From: Sedimentisphaerales bacterium
GTDB taxonomy: Bacteria; Planctomycetota; Phycisphaerae; Sedimentisphaerales; SM23-30
Strand: one strand, 5' to 3'
Assembly (NCBI GenBank): GCA_963666285.1
Contig: OY762711.1
Length of the DNA stretch: 64,000 bases
Part shown: positions 50,059 through 61,179 of the stretch, one piece after another
Layout: each line of letters starts with the position of its first letter
Position numbering within the stretch: the stretch's first letter is position 1
Position numbers and translations under genes: made by a program
Notes under the pieces: generated by a model
What the model was told of the DNA's origin: nothing
Databases searched by the model: none
Seen by the model: only the letters and a program-made list of their open reading frames with translations

Positions 50059-53000
50059 ATGGCTAATGGGCTAAGTAAACTTATTAAAAGAGCAAGGAAA
50101 GCCAACGAGAGCAATATTCTCGCAAAGCTTGCTCGCAACAGATTTAGAGTTGAAGAACTCGAAGATCGTATCGCTCCCGCGGCTGGTGCAATTACAAATA
50201 CTGGCGCAGCACTTTCAAATGGTAATTTAACTTATACGCTTGGAAGTGGAGACGATGTGACCCTTGATCTTGGTACAGATCAATATACTATCACTACGTC
50301 AGGCGGTTACACCGGCGAAGGCGTCTCAATTACTTTTGATGCTGTTAGTGGTAGTGCAACAAAAATTACAGAAATTGATTTTGGTAGTTCTGTAGCTCTT
50401 GATGCTGCTACTACTCTGACAATTACAAGTAACAATGGTGCCGTCACAAATACTCTGACCGTTGACTCAGTTGTTGATACAAATGATAATACTGGAACAG
50501 CTAGTATTGTATTTACCAACAACGCTATTATGTCAGCGTTGTCAGTTGGTACTGTGACATTGAGCAATACAGGAATTGCAAACTGGGAATCTGGAGCAGT
50601 AACAGGAATTACAACTGAGACAGTTTCGGGTTCTATGACTGTTGGTGCAGTAGGTGCAACCGGTATAACAGCTAGTTCATCTTTTGCTGGTTCACTGACA
50701 GTTACCGGTTCTCTGGCCGGCCCTGTAACTTCAGCTAATGGCATAGGAGCGGTTACATTAGAGGCAGGAAGTACAGCTGCTGGTGCCATCACTGCAACAT
50801 CTGGTGCTATCACATCTATTACTATTGGTAACGGCGCAGGTGCGAATGATATTACTGTTGCCGGCGATATCGAAGCTGCAGGTTCTATTGGTGCTATAAA
50901 TGGTACAACAGGTGAAGGTACTATTGCAATTTCTGGTGCTATAACAGCAGGTACAAACCTTGCTGCAATTGGTGACTCAAATGATTATATCGATGGTATT
51001 ACAGGTGCTATTACAGCTCAGACTATTGCGGGAATCAATATGTCCGGTAATCTGACTGGCGGTGTAACAGCCAGCGGTGGTGCCGGTACTATTGGTAGCA
51101 TCGATATTGGTTCTGGTACTCTTGGTACTGTCAGTGCTACAGGTACAACAGGTAGTATTGGTGATATCACAGCGGCTGCTATCACTGGTGGTATTACAGC
51201 TACAGATTCAGATACTGGTGGAACTGATAATGCAATTGGTGCAATCATAACTTCAGGTGCAGTTTCTGGAAATATCAGTGGTTACTCAATCGATGATCTG
51301 GCTATTACAGGCGCACTTTCCGGTACAATTACAGTAGTAAATGGTTTTGACGATAATAACGGCCTGGCGATTGGCAGTGTTTCATCTACAGGTGGAATAG
51401 TTGTTACTACAGGTGACCTTGATGGTAGTGATGATATTGCGGTCAGTGGTGACATGGCAGGATCAATAACAGCTACTGCAGGTGCGATTGCTGCTGATGT
51501 TACTATCACAGGTGCTCTAACAGGTAAGATCGAAGCTACCGCGGGCAGTATTAGCGGAGCAATTACAGCCAAGAGCATTTCCGGTGGTACAGAAACAACA
51601 CCTAATATCAAAGCTAATACTTCTGTTGGCAATATCATAGTTACTGATGGCGATTTCGGCGGTTATGCTGTTTCCAGTACTACTATGGGTAACATTGATG
51701 TACGTGATGGTAACCTGTCAGCTACAGTTGTCTCAGGCAGTACAATTGGCACCATTGATGTTACAGATGATGTCGAAAACAATGGCACAACAGAAACTAC
51801 TGATGATGGTAACATCTCTGGTACTATTACCGCAACCGGAACAATTGGCGAGATTGTTATAGAAGATACACTTAGTGGTACAATTACTGCTTCAGGTTAT
51901 TCAGGAGCCATTTCTACAGGTGCTGATGAAGCTGTAGACGATCCATCGGCACTGCCGTCCGGCGGTATTTCAAGTACTGGTAGTATCACAGCAACAACAG
52001 GTAACTTTGCAGAATTGATCAGAATTTATGATGGTGGTATGGCTGGTACTATTACAGCTACTGACGGTGATATTCTTGGCGGTATTCAGATATTAGACAC
52101 AGTTACATCAAGTACAACTAATGGTGTAGATAATGACGCTGTTCTTTCTGGTACTGTTTCAGCCGGTGATGAAATTAAAACAGGTGCAATTACAATATCT
52201 GATGGTATTTCTTCAACCGGTCAGATTTCAGCTACAACAGACTTGGCATCTGATATTACTGTAACAGAAGGCGGCATGGCCGGTACAATTACTTCTGCTA
52301 CACTGGTTTCTGGTGATATTACTATCTCAGACGGCGGAATGTCAGGTACTATTTCAGCTACCGGAACTTCAGCTGACATCTCAGGTCAGATTCAGATACT
52401 GGATAGCGACGCTGATGATGACGGAACCTTCTCTGGAACCATTTCTGCCCTTGGTACGATCAGTGGTGCCGGTATTAGCGTATCAGATGGTATTACCTCA
52501 ACCGGTGCTGTATCTGCAGTTGATGATATTTCAGCTACAGTTACAGTAACTGACGGCGGTATGGCCGGTACTATTTCAGCTACTACCCTGATTTCTGGTG
52601 AATTGATTGTGACAGACGGCGGTATGAGCGGTACCCTAACATCAGCATCACTTGCCGGTTGTGATATAACAATTGGTGATGGCGCGACAGCTGCTGACGA
52701 TACAGATGATACTCTTAGCGGTACAATTCAGGCTACCAGCAGCAATGGTGTTAATGTTATAGATTCTCCTATCAAGATTGATGGCGGTATTACCGCAGAT
52801 GGTAAGATTATTTCTGGTGATAACATCTCAAGTGCAATCACAATTGGTACAGGCAGCACAACAGCTGATATGGCCGGTAAGATTGAAGCCAGCGGTGATG
52901 TTACCAGTGCTATAGTAATTGATGACGATTTGTCTGGTACAATCCAGGCTCTTACCGGTGCTTTTGGTACTGGCGATAATGCATTCTTAACAGTTGGCGG

Positions 53001-56000
53001 TGATATTACTTCTACAGCTACTCTGTCAGCGAAAACAGATCTTGCAGGTAGAATCGCTGTTACCGGCACTGTAAATATCCCTCTGACATTTGAAGGTGAT
53101 GTAACATCTACAATCACTGCTCAGTCATTTACAGGTGCTATCACAGTTGGTGGTGACCTGGGTGCTAATGTAAGTGCTATCTCTGGCACTACTGGTGTAA
53201 TTGGTAACATTTCTGCAGAAACAATAGGTAAAAACGGCAATGTTACTATCCAGGCTGATGACGGCATTGGTGCTATCACAACTACTGGTGCAATAGGTAC
53301 AACAGGTGCTAATACAGTAACAATTACTGCAGATCAGGACGGAGATAATACTGGTGATTTGACATCAGTAACTTCAGGCGGCTTAATGAGAGTTGCTATT
53401 ACTGGTGAAAACATTGGTGCTATCACATCAGGCGGAACTGCTGCCGATGATATTGAAGGTACAATTAGAGCTGCTAGTGATATCGACGGCGTTGATGCCG
53501 GTTTTGGTACAGTTATGGCTACAGTATCTGCCGGTGCCGCAACATCAGGTTCTCCATTAGCATGGGTTGTAGCTGAAGGTGTTACATACGCAGTATGGGC
53601 ATTGGATCCGACAACCGGCGCTGAAATGGCCGGAGTAACTGCAAATGTAGAATTTGCTCTTGATACAGCCGGCGACGGTGTTGACAATGCTGGTGATCAG
53701 CCAACAATTACAATTACCGGTATAACCGGCACAACAAGTGCTGCTCCAATTGATCTGAAAGTTGTTACAACAGCAGACAATGGTACAGCTACTCCAACAC
53801 TGACAGATGCAGATCTTGATATCGATGCGATTGGCAGTGATGTAATAGTTGCCTTATCTTCTGCTACACCTATATATATCAATGACCTTGATATTGAAGG
53901 CCAATATACAACATCTGGTTCAGACCCAGACATAATTGTTGCCGGTGCAACAACTGTTGAAGGTGGTATTGGTGGTACATTTACTCTGAATTTAGCTAAT
54001 CAGACCAGCTATACATTCAAGAGTATTGCTGCAAACACTACATTGACATTTACTGGTACTGGTACAGTTGATCCTACAATTACAATACTGGAAGGTATTG
54101 ACGATACAGGCGGAAATGTAACACTGACAATTGCGGGCAGTAATGTTGCCGCGTTAAATGTTGGTGATGCATCTCAGAACAAGACTGCTGATGTTGGTGC
54201 TGCAGGTGGTAACCTGACAACTATCAATGCCGGAACCAATACTATTGGTGAAATCGTCGTTGCAGGTAACCTGTATGGTACAGTTTCTGCTGCTTCTATC
54301 GGTAACGTTATCGTTGACGGTAACCTTGGCGATACAGTAGCTTCACAACTGCACGCAACTGCCGGAAGCATTGGTAATGTAAATGTCAAGGGCAGTATTG
54401 ACCTTACCTTGATCAAAGCAGAAAATGCTGCTGATCAGTCAACTGCAACTATAGGCTACATCGCAGCCGGTGCAAACCTTGCTGATGGTGCTAGCATGAC
54501 AATCAGTGCCGGTGGTGCTATCAGCGGTATCCATGCCGGCGGTTATATCGGTGATAATGGTGCCGGACATCTGGTTACAATTACTACTCTAAATGGTGGT
54601 ATAGCTGAGATTATTGCTGACGGTAATGATGGTGTCGACGATGCGATGAACTTAGACGTTGATGTTGCTGGCGATATTGATCTGATCAGTGCTAACAGTG
54701 ACGGCAATGCACCTATCGAAGGTGTTAAGATTCAGTCTCGTACAGGTAATATTGGTACTATCCAGACTGTTGACTCTGCTATTGATATCGATATCAAGGC
54801 TCTTGCCGGAGATATTGATAATATCCTGGTTAACGATGGTCCGACCGATGCCGACCTGGTTGCATCTGCTGGTATTGCCAATAACCTGACAATTCTGGCT
54901 GGTGGCGATATCGATTCTATCGTTGCCAATGCTATTGGAGCATTGACAACAATCACAGCCGAAGCAGCAACAGCTAATTCTCCTGTAACAACATGGCTGA
55001 TCGGTACAACACTTTATAGCCTGGAAGCCGAAGGTGGTACAGATAATACTACATACGGTTATAACTGGGTTAACGGTGTTCTTGATCTGACAATCAATAA
55101 TGCAGCTGATGCAGATGCAACTGATGACACATTGATTGAAATCAGTTTGACAACTGAGTATTCAGTAGGTGTTACAGACGCTGATAACGAAATGTTGGAT
55201 GATACTCAGTTTGATCTTGCAACTCTGAACTTTACTGCTGGCAGTATAGCAGATGACCTGGCTTCTCTGACTGTTGAAGGTGAGATTACCGGTCTGGTTC
55301 AGATTGGTTCTGTAGCAACTCTGCTTGTTGAAGGTAACGTTGCCCAGCCAATCCAGATAGTTGACAATGCTGCTAATCCGATTGAAGCTGTAGCTATGGC
55401 AACTGCTATGGGTGTTGATGACCCGGATGCAACAGCATTGGCCCAGATGTTCTCTGGTACTGCTGTTGCCTTTGAAGCTCCTGCTGTTGGCACAACATAC
55501 CAGGTACCAGTTACAGGTGCAAATGGTGATGTCAGCTTTGCAATCTATGATGCAGAATCAAGTGCATTTATAACTCCTGTTGTTCTGAGCCTGGGTAACG
55601 ATGGTGCAGGTAATGACGCAGTAGGTTTCTTTGATGTAACTGTTCTTGAAGGTGATGCATTGGATATTGATGCCGCTCGTTGGGCAGCAGGTGCTATCAC
55701 AATCGAAGGTGACCTTGATTATATTATCTTTGGTACTAATGTTGACGCAGTAACTATTACTGGTTCTATCCTTGAAGGTGCCGGTATTAACGCTTATAAC
55801 ATTGACGCTATCAATATTGGTGTAAATAACTCATTTACTGGTGGCGATCTGAATGGTTTCATTAGAGTTGTTATGCCTGATGATGAACAGTTTGACTTGG
55901 AACTTGATGGTGACTTCGATGCGGCTGACACAGCTCTTATGGGAATGTGCGGCGCTATCACAGTATTTGGTTCTGTTGGAGCAACCGGTGAAATCTACGT

Positions 56001-58845
56001 TGAAGGCGACCTGACCAGCTTAACAGTTGGTGATGCTGACTTCGATTATGGTGAGCTCGATGCTATAGGAACCGATGAAACCAATGAAGATAACTTCAGT
56101 GACGATGGTTCTCTGGTAGGAACATTTGCCGGTAACCTTGCAGTATTAGGTGACAGTGGTAATATTACCAGCATGTCAACTCTTGGCGGTACCATCATGG
56201 TTGGTGGCGACTGTGGAGACCTGCTATCAACTTATGACGATGTTACTGCTAACATTTTCATCGGTGGTACAAACGGTGCTGACGATGTAGCAATTACCGG
56301 TGATGCAATCTCCGGCAACATCGTTGTTGGTGCTATCGGTGGTATCGATACTTTGACTCTGACTGTAAGAGAAGGAGTTGAAAACAACGATCAGGAAACT
56401 TACACAGTATCTTCTTCAGCCGGTCATGCCATAATGGTTAATATAGCTGCTGGAAACGTAACTGGTTCAGCTCTGACTGTTGATTCAATTACATCGTTCG
56501 GTCCTGCTACAGCTCTGAACGCTACATCAGCTAACTTTATGGATAACGTAACTGTTGATAATATCTTCTTCCTGGCTAATTCAGGTGCTGACTGTGAAAT
56601 AGACGTTGAAGGTACTATCGGCGATATCGTTGGTGCGGACGGACTACCTCAGTTCCAGTCATCAGCAACTATTATGGCAGGTATTTCAGCTAATTATGAT
56701 CTGTTGAAATATGATGCTGTAACTGCTTTGGATGCCGCTAACGATGATAATACCGATACTAATCTTGATCTTGAATTTACTACTAACCTGCTGGGTATTG
56801 ACAATATTGTCGCTACAGGTGACATCACAGTTACAAGCACAGCAGATGGTCAGTTGATTCTTGACAATACTGATTTCGGTAATGTTGTTTCACTTGACGG
56901 TGCAGTTACTATAGACCTGGATGCAGAAAATATCGGTCATGTATTTGCTTACGGCAATGTAGAAAATGGTAACCTGCTTGCTCAGGGTACTGTTGCTGTT
57001 GGTGATGCTACCGCTTTGACAGCATCTCTAACCACTTACGGCCTGACACTGCCAGCTAACTTTACTGGTGGTATCATGAGTGCTTCCGGTTATGTAGGTA
57101 ACGGTGCTCTGGTTATTACAGGCATGGACCTTAGTGCTCCAGAATATGCAACTGAAGGTTACGTAGTTGGTGCAGTAACGGCTCTTGTTGGTGATGTTGA
57201 TGCAGATATCAATGCGACCGGCGGTGACTTCGGCGGACTGATTATTCCTCTTGGTGACTATGAAGGTGCGTTAGCTGCTTCTGAAAACATTGACCTGATT
57301 CTAATACCGGGTTATGATGCAGCAGATGGTACCTACACTAACGGTGAGACAACAGCTGTAGCTGTTTCTCTGACAGTTGCTGAGGCTGCCGGTGACCTGG
57401 ATGCAGAGACCACATTGATTGCTGGTGAAACAGTAATTTCTAACGGTCAGAGCTATGATGATGGTAACCTGGAAGTTTCAACAGATGACTCAGGTGTTCT
57501 TGCTTATGTAAATAATGCTGGAAATGCTTTGACTGTTATTAACGGTCTGGCTGCAAATAACACAATTAGTGTTGTTGGTAACCTGACAACTCTTACAGTT
57601 GACGGTACCTGGGCTGGAACAGTTGATATGATGAGTGATTCTGCTGGTGCATTGGGTCAGACATCTGAAGCCACTGGTTATACAGTTGGTACAGTAAATG
57701 CTCTTGGTGATATTGATGCATCAACAGCTCAGTTGTTGGCGGTAGATTTCACTACCTTCAATCAGCCTGCTATGTACTCACTGATCAATGATAGTGCAAC
57801 TGACAATTTCGTAATTGGCGGTCAGCTAAATTCAGATAATAATTCAGTACAGTTTACTAACACAGCTGGTGAAACTCAGACTGTTGTATTGATTGCCGGT
57901 AAGGCAGTTGCAATGGACTATGAAATGTACTTTGGTAAGATCACTGAAGCTACTTTGACTGGTCGCGGTGGTGTTTCAATTGTAAGTACAACTGAAAATG
58001 TCGTTGGTGCTACAGCTAATGAAACTGTTAAGAATGCTAAGGCTGTTCTTAAGAATGCAGCTCGCTACGGTGTAAGTGCTGACGATGGTACAGCTAACCT
58101 TGGTGACATTTCAGTTCATGGCACAGATAAGGTTAATATCAATGGCATGGTTGTTGATGGTAATCTGACATCATTGAACAGCGGTCTTGCTGATGTTAAA
58201 GACCTGTATGTAAATGGTTCAGTTAGTGCATTGACTATTGGTGATGATATCAATAATGCCTTCATTAGTGGTCAGGTAACTGATTTGGTTGTTAAAGACT
58301 CTCTGAAGGATCTAACCATGCTTGGTACTGGTACAGCAAGCATTACAGCCAATAAGATTAACAATCTGTATGTAGATGGTGCTATCAATGATCTACAGGC
58401 TTCTGTTGCAAGTAAGGTCGTAATTGATGGTAATGTTAACCTTGACTTTACAGCTGTAAAAGCTTCAGATGTAGTTATTGACGGTAATATTACTGACTTC
58501 TCAGTTGCTAATATTAACGGACTTATTATCGATGGCAATGCTACTAATTTCCATGCTGCTAACATCAAGAATGCTTCAGTTAGTGAAGTTGGTACTCTCA
58601 CAATGCAGAGTAATGGTTCTATCATTAACTCTACATTTGCGGAAGGTGCTGCTGGTAACGTTGATACTACTAAGAGGATCACTTACATGGCTGCTGCTAA
58701 TGGTACAGGAGCTGGTGGTGCAGTTGGTGATTTGGTACTTAAGAAGGTTGGAGTCAGAAACAATCCTGATTATATCAAGGTTCGTAATTCTGCTCTTGAT
58801 CCTGCCCTGTTTGCTAACAGTGCTCCAGTTGTATACATGGACTAA
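50059..58845 (+). CDS. Giant (2928 aa) LEPR-XLL/Planctomycete-extracellular-leader surface protein, S-layer- or adhesin-like
   Basis: N-terminal RNRFRVEELEDRIAPA; G/T/A/I/D-rich beta-solenoid-like repeats; AAGGAG RBS; strong terminator. Confidence 0.8.
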   Translation: MANGLSKLIKRARKANESNILAKLARNRFRVEELEDRIAPAAGAITNTGAALSNGNLTYTLGSGDDVTLDLGTDQYTITTSGGYTGEGVSITFDAVSGSATKITEIDFGSSVALDAATTLTITSNNGAVTNTLTVDSVVDTNDNTGTASIVFTNNAIMSALSVGTVTLSNTGIANWESGAVTGITTETVSGSMTVGAVGATGITASSSFAGSLTVTGSLAGPVTSANGIGAVTLEAGSTAAGAITATSGAITSITIGNGAGANDITVAGDIEAAGSIGAINGTTGEGTIAISGAITAGTNLAAIGDSNDYIDGITGAITAQTIAGINMSGNLTGGVTASGGAGTIGSIDIGSGTLGTVSATGTTGSIGDITAAAITGGITATDSDTGGTDNAIGAIITSGAVSGNISGYSIDDLAITGALSGTITVVNGFDDNNGLAIGSVSSTGGIVVTTGDLDGSDDIAVSGDMAGSITATAGAIAADVTITGALTGKIEATAGSISGAITAKSISGGTETTPNIKANTSVGNIIVTDGDFGGYAVSSTTMGNIDVRDGNLSATVVSGSTIGTIDVTDDVENNGTTETTDDGNISGTITATGTIGEIVIEDTLSGTITASGYSGAISTGADEAVDDPSALPSGGISSTGSITATTGNFAELIRIYDGGMAGTITATDGDILGGIQILDTVTSSTTNGVDNDAVLSGTVSAGDEIKTGAITISDGISSTGQISATTDLASDITVTEGGMAGTITSATLVSGDITISDGGMSGTISATGTSADISGQIQILDSDADDDGTFSGTISALGTISGAGISVSDGITSTGAVSAVDDISATVTVTDGGMAGTISATTLISGELIVTDGGMSGTLTSASLAGCDITIGDGATAADDTDDTLSGTIQATSSNGVNVIDSPIKIDGGITADGKIISGDNISSAITIGTGSTTADMAGKIEASGDVTSAIVIDDDLSGTIQALTGAFGTGDNAFLTVGGDITSTATLSAKTDLAGRIAVTGTVNIPLTFEGDVTSTITAQSFTGAITVGGDLGANVSAISGTTGVIGNISAETIGKNGNVTIQADDGIGAITTTGAIGTTGANTVTITADQDGDNTGDLTSVTSGGLMRVAITGENIGAITSGGTAADDIEGTIRAASDIDGVDAGFGTVMATVSAGAATSGSPLAWVVAEGVTYAVWALDPTTGAEMAGVTANVEFALDTAGDGVDNAGDQPTITITGITGTTSAAPIDLKVVTTADNGTATPTLTDADLDIDAIGSDVIVALSSATPIYINDLDIEGQYTTSGSDPDIIVAGATTVEGGIGGTFTLNLANQTSYTFKSIAANTTLTFTGTGTVDPTITILEGIDDTGGNVTLTIAGSNVAALNVGDASQNKTADVGAAGGNLTTINAGTNTIGEIVVAGNLYGTVSAASIGNVIVDGNLGDTVASQLHATAGSIGNVNVKGSIDLTLIKAENAADQSTATIGYIAAGANLADGASMTISAGGAISGIHAGGYIGDNGAGHLVTITTLNGGIAEIIADGNDGVDDAMNLDVDVAGDIDLISANSDGNAPIEGVKIQSRTGNIGTIQTVDSAIDIDIKALAGDIDNILVNDGPTDADLVASAGIANNLTILAGGDIDSIVANAIGALTTITAEAATANSPVTTWLIGTTLYSLEAEGGTDNTTYGYNWVNGVLDLTINNAADADATDDTLIEISLTTEYSVGVTDADNEMLDDTQFDLATLNFTAGSIADDLASLTVEGEITGLVQIGSVATLLVEGNVAQPIQIVDNAANPIEAVAMATAMGVDDPDATALAQMFSGTAVAFEAPAVGTTYQVPVTGANGDVSFAIYDAESSAFITPVVLSLGNDGAGNDAVGFFDVTVLEGDALDIDAARWAAGAITIEGDLDYIIFGTNVDAVTITGSILEGAGINAYNIDAINIGVNNSFTGGDLNGFIRVVMPDDEQFDLELDGDFDAADTALMGMCGAITVFGSVGATGEIYVEGDLTSLTVGDADFDYGELDAIGTDETNEDNFSDDGSLVGTFAGNLAVLGDSGNITSMSTLGGTIMVGGDCGDLLSTYDDVTANIFIGGTNGADDVAITGDAISGNIVVGAIGGIDTLTLTVREGVENNDQETYTVSSSAGHAIMVNIAAGNVTGSALTVDSITSFGPATALNATSANFMDNVTVDNIFFLANSGADCEIDVEGTIGDIVGADGLPQFQSSATIMAGISANYDLLKYDAVTALDAANDDNTDTNLDLEFTTNLLGIDNIVATGDITVTSTADGQLILDNTDFGNVVSLDGAVTIDLDAENIGHVFAYGNVENGNLLAQGTVAVGDATALTASLTTYGLTLPANFTGGIMSASGYVGNGALVITGMDLSAPEYATEGYVVGAVTALVGDVDADINATGGDFGGLIIPLGDYEGALAASENIDLILIPGYDAADGTYTNGETTAVAVSLTVAEAAGDLDAETTLIAGETVISNGQSYDDGNLEVSTDDSGVLAYVNNAGNALTVINGLAANNTISVVGNLTTLTVDGTWAGTVDMMSDSAGALGQTSEATGYTVGTVNALGDIDASTAQLLAVDFTTFNQPAMYSLINDSATDNFVIGGQLNSDNNSVQFTNTAGETQTVVLIAGKAVAMDYEMYFGKITEATLTGRGGVSIVSTTENVVGATANETVKNAKAVLKNAARYGVSADDGTANLGDISVHGTDKVNINGMVVDGNLTSLNSGLADVKDLYVNGSVSALTIGDDINNAFISGQVTDLVVKDSLKDLTMLGTGTASITANKINNLYVDGAINDLQASVASKVVIDGNVNLDFTAVKASDVVIDGNITDFSVANINGLIIDGNATNFHAANIKNASVSEVGTLTMQSNGSIINSTFAEGAAGNVDTTKRITYMAAANGTGAGGAVGDLVLKKVGVRNNPDYIKVRNSALDPALFANSAPVVYMD

Positions 58846-58888
58846 TAATCTGACCAAGGTTAGACGTAATAGTCTATATTGTAAAATT

Positions 58889-58922
58889 AAAAGGTCTCCG
58901 GCTTTGCCGGGGGCCTTTTTTT
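58889..58922 (+). terminator. Intrinsic terminator after the giant gene
   Basis: AAAAGGTCTCCGGC-TTT-GCCGGGGGCCTTTTTTT. Confidence 0.88.
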
Positions 58923-59245
58923 GTGTCCAAAGCTTAGATGTTGAGTAGTTTTCTCACTTGTACTAATGCAAACAATTATCTGGTGCTACCATATTTGTAA
59001 CAGGATGTTTGTTTAATTATTTAATTGAGTTCGATTTGAAATATCTATAAAGCATATATTTGCATATGGGCCTACCTGAAAATATTCAATTTCTCTAGAA
59101 TTTATAAGTATTTGCTATCAAAAGTGTAATCTTATGTTTGCATTATTTCGTTATCATAAAATATCTGTTATTGGCCATTTTCTTGTAACTTTCCAGGCAC
59201 ATCTGTCGTAATAAAGGTAAATCGTTACTCCCGGTAACAAATGTC

Positions 59246-59273
59246 TTGACATTTTGGGATTTTGGAGTATAAT
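59246..59273 (+). promoter_or_regulatory. Sigma70-type promoter upstream of folC
   Basis: TTGACA, 16 bp, TATAAT. Confidence 0.65.
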
Positions 59274-59493
59274 TTGCTAATCTGCCAGTCTATTCTGGCT
59301 TTGACAAGACGGTTACTACAGTACCGGTTGAAGTTATAATGTTAGCAGATAAAAAATTTGTGTGGCGTGAGAGTAAAACACCACAGATGGGGCGTTGGTT
59401 ATTGATGGAATTTATGGTGAAAAATGGAATAAGTAATGTTAAACAAAACCTAAGTTCCTGTTAATAATCAACTTGAAGAAAAAGTAAGGAAAA

Positions 59494-60975
59494 ATGGCTA
59501 CTACCAGAAAAATCACACGGAAGAAGAGCTCAAAAACTGAACTACTAAAACCTGCCGAGAAAGCCAACCCAAACAGAACTAAAACTACCCGTAGATCATC
59601 TGCAATAAAAAGTTATGATGATGCATTGGAGTTTCTGTTTAGCAATACAAATTACGAAAATGCCAAGCGTTTCAGGTATAACGCTGACACTTTCAACCTT
59701 GACAGGATGTATCGCTTGTTGGAGCCTCTAAAGGATCCGCACACCAAACTGGCTGCGATTCACGTTGCCGGTACCAAGGGTAAGGGTTCTACTTGTATGA
59801 TGCTCTCAAACATGCTTTCTGCCAATGGCTATAAAGTTGGACTTTATACCTCTCCACATGTAATTGATATTCGTGAGCGAATCAAGATAAATGATGTGAT
59901 GATCAGTGAAGAAGATATGACAAAGCTGATCAAAAAGGTCTCAACTGTTGTTAAGAGCATGCAGGATGATCCGCCTACCTTTTTCGAGATATTAACTGCT
60001 ATGGCATTGTTCTACTTTGCGAAGGAAAAGGTAGATTTTGCTATAATGGAGACAGGTCTTGGCGGCAGGCTTGACAGTACCAATGTTGTCAATCCGATAG
60101 CCGTTGGGCTGACAAGTATTAGTATGGACCATCATCGTCAGCTTGGCAATACAGTGCGTGAGATTGCTGCTGAAAAAGCAGGAATTATCAAAAAGGGCGT
60201 ACCAACTGTATCTGTTCTGCAGGATCCTGATGTGATGGATATCATCAAAAAACAGGCAAATTCCCTTAAGGCACCTCTGGTATTTACCGGCAAAGAGATC
60301 GATTTTTCTTGCAGGTTCGAATCTTCCAGGGAGCTTGGCCCGCATAATAGAATATGCTTGTCAACCCCAACCAGCCAGTATGACCATTTGCCGGTACCTT
60401 TGTATGGTGAGCATCAGGCCGAAAACTGTGGCCTTGCCTTGGCAATTCTGGATATTTTGAAGACTAGTGGCTACAAAATCGATGATAAGTTGGTGGTCTC
60501 TGGTCTTGCAGAGACCAAACTACCCGGCAGGATGGAAATAGTATGTGAGAATCCGCGTGTTTTAATCGACGCGGCTCATAATTCATCCAGTATGAGAGCT
60601 TTAGTGCATGCTATCGGACAGCACATACCATATGATTCAATGGTAGTTATTTTTGGCTGCTGTGAGGATAAAGATGTTGATGGTATGCTGCGTGAGCTAA
60701 GATATGGCGCAGATAAAGTTATTTTTACCAGGATTAAGTCTCCACGATCGATGGATCCGGAGATTTTAGCTGCAAAATACACCGAACTTAGTGGTAAAAT
60801 GTGCCAGACAGCTCTTACGTTCCGTAAGGCAATGGAAATTGCTGAGCCGGCGGTAACCCAGGGTGACATTATATGTGTTACCGGCAGCTTCTACCTTATT
60901 GGTGAGGCTAAGAAAATTATGGAAGCTCGGGTAGCAGCTGAGAAAGAAGCAGAAGCAGCGGCTGCGTCGGCGTAG
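59494..60975 (+). CDS. folC: Folylpolyglutamate/dihydrofolate synthase
   Basis: IHVAGTKGKGST, YTSPH, ETGLGGRLDSTN, IAAEKAGIIK, DAAHN, VTGSFYLIG. Confidence 0.95.
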   Translation: MATTRKITRKKSSKTELLKPAEKANPNRTKTTRRSSAIKSYDDALEFLFSNTNYENAKRFRYNADTFNLDRMYRLLEPLKDPHTKLAAIHVAGTKGKGSTCMMLSNMLSANGYKVGLYTSPHVIDIRERIKINDVMISEEDMTKLIKKVSTVVKSMQDDPPTFFEILTAMALFYFAKEKVDFAIMETGLGGRLDSTNVVNPIAVGLTSISMDHHRQLGNTVREIAAEKAGIIKKGVPTVSVLQDPDVMDIIKKQANSLKAPLVFTGKEIDFSCRFESSRELGPHNRICLSTPTSQYDHLPVPLYGEHQAENCGLALAILDILKTSGYKIDDKLVVSGLAETKLPGRMEIVCENPRVLIDAAHNSSSMRALVHAIGQHIPYDSMVVIFGCCEDKDVDGMLRELRYGADKVIFTRIKSPRSMDPEILAAKYTELSGKMCQTALTFRKAMEIAEPAVTQGDIICVTGSFYLIGEAKKIMEARVAAEKEAEAAAASA

Positions 60976-61006
60976 TGTTGTGCTGCTTAGTAATTATCGA
61001 ATTATT

Positions 61007-61042
61007 AAAGGCAACAGTTTGTTATAACTAGTTGCCTTTTTT
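61007..61042 (+). terminator. Intrinsic terminator after folC
   Basis: AAAGGCAAC...GTTGCCTTTTTT. Confidence 0.7.
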
Positions 61043-61179
61043 ATATTTAAATTGAATTGTTATAGTATTTTGACCAGATATTATCATAGATCTTATTATG
61101 ATCATCTATAGTTTTTTCTTTATAAACGTGTCATATTAGCTAAAATTTGTAATTTAAGCTCTATTGAAACAAGCAGCGA

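Noticed and set aside
59274..59493. Folate (THF) riboswitch in the folC leader
   Set aside because: Only weak hairpins; no consensus recognised without an Rfam scan.
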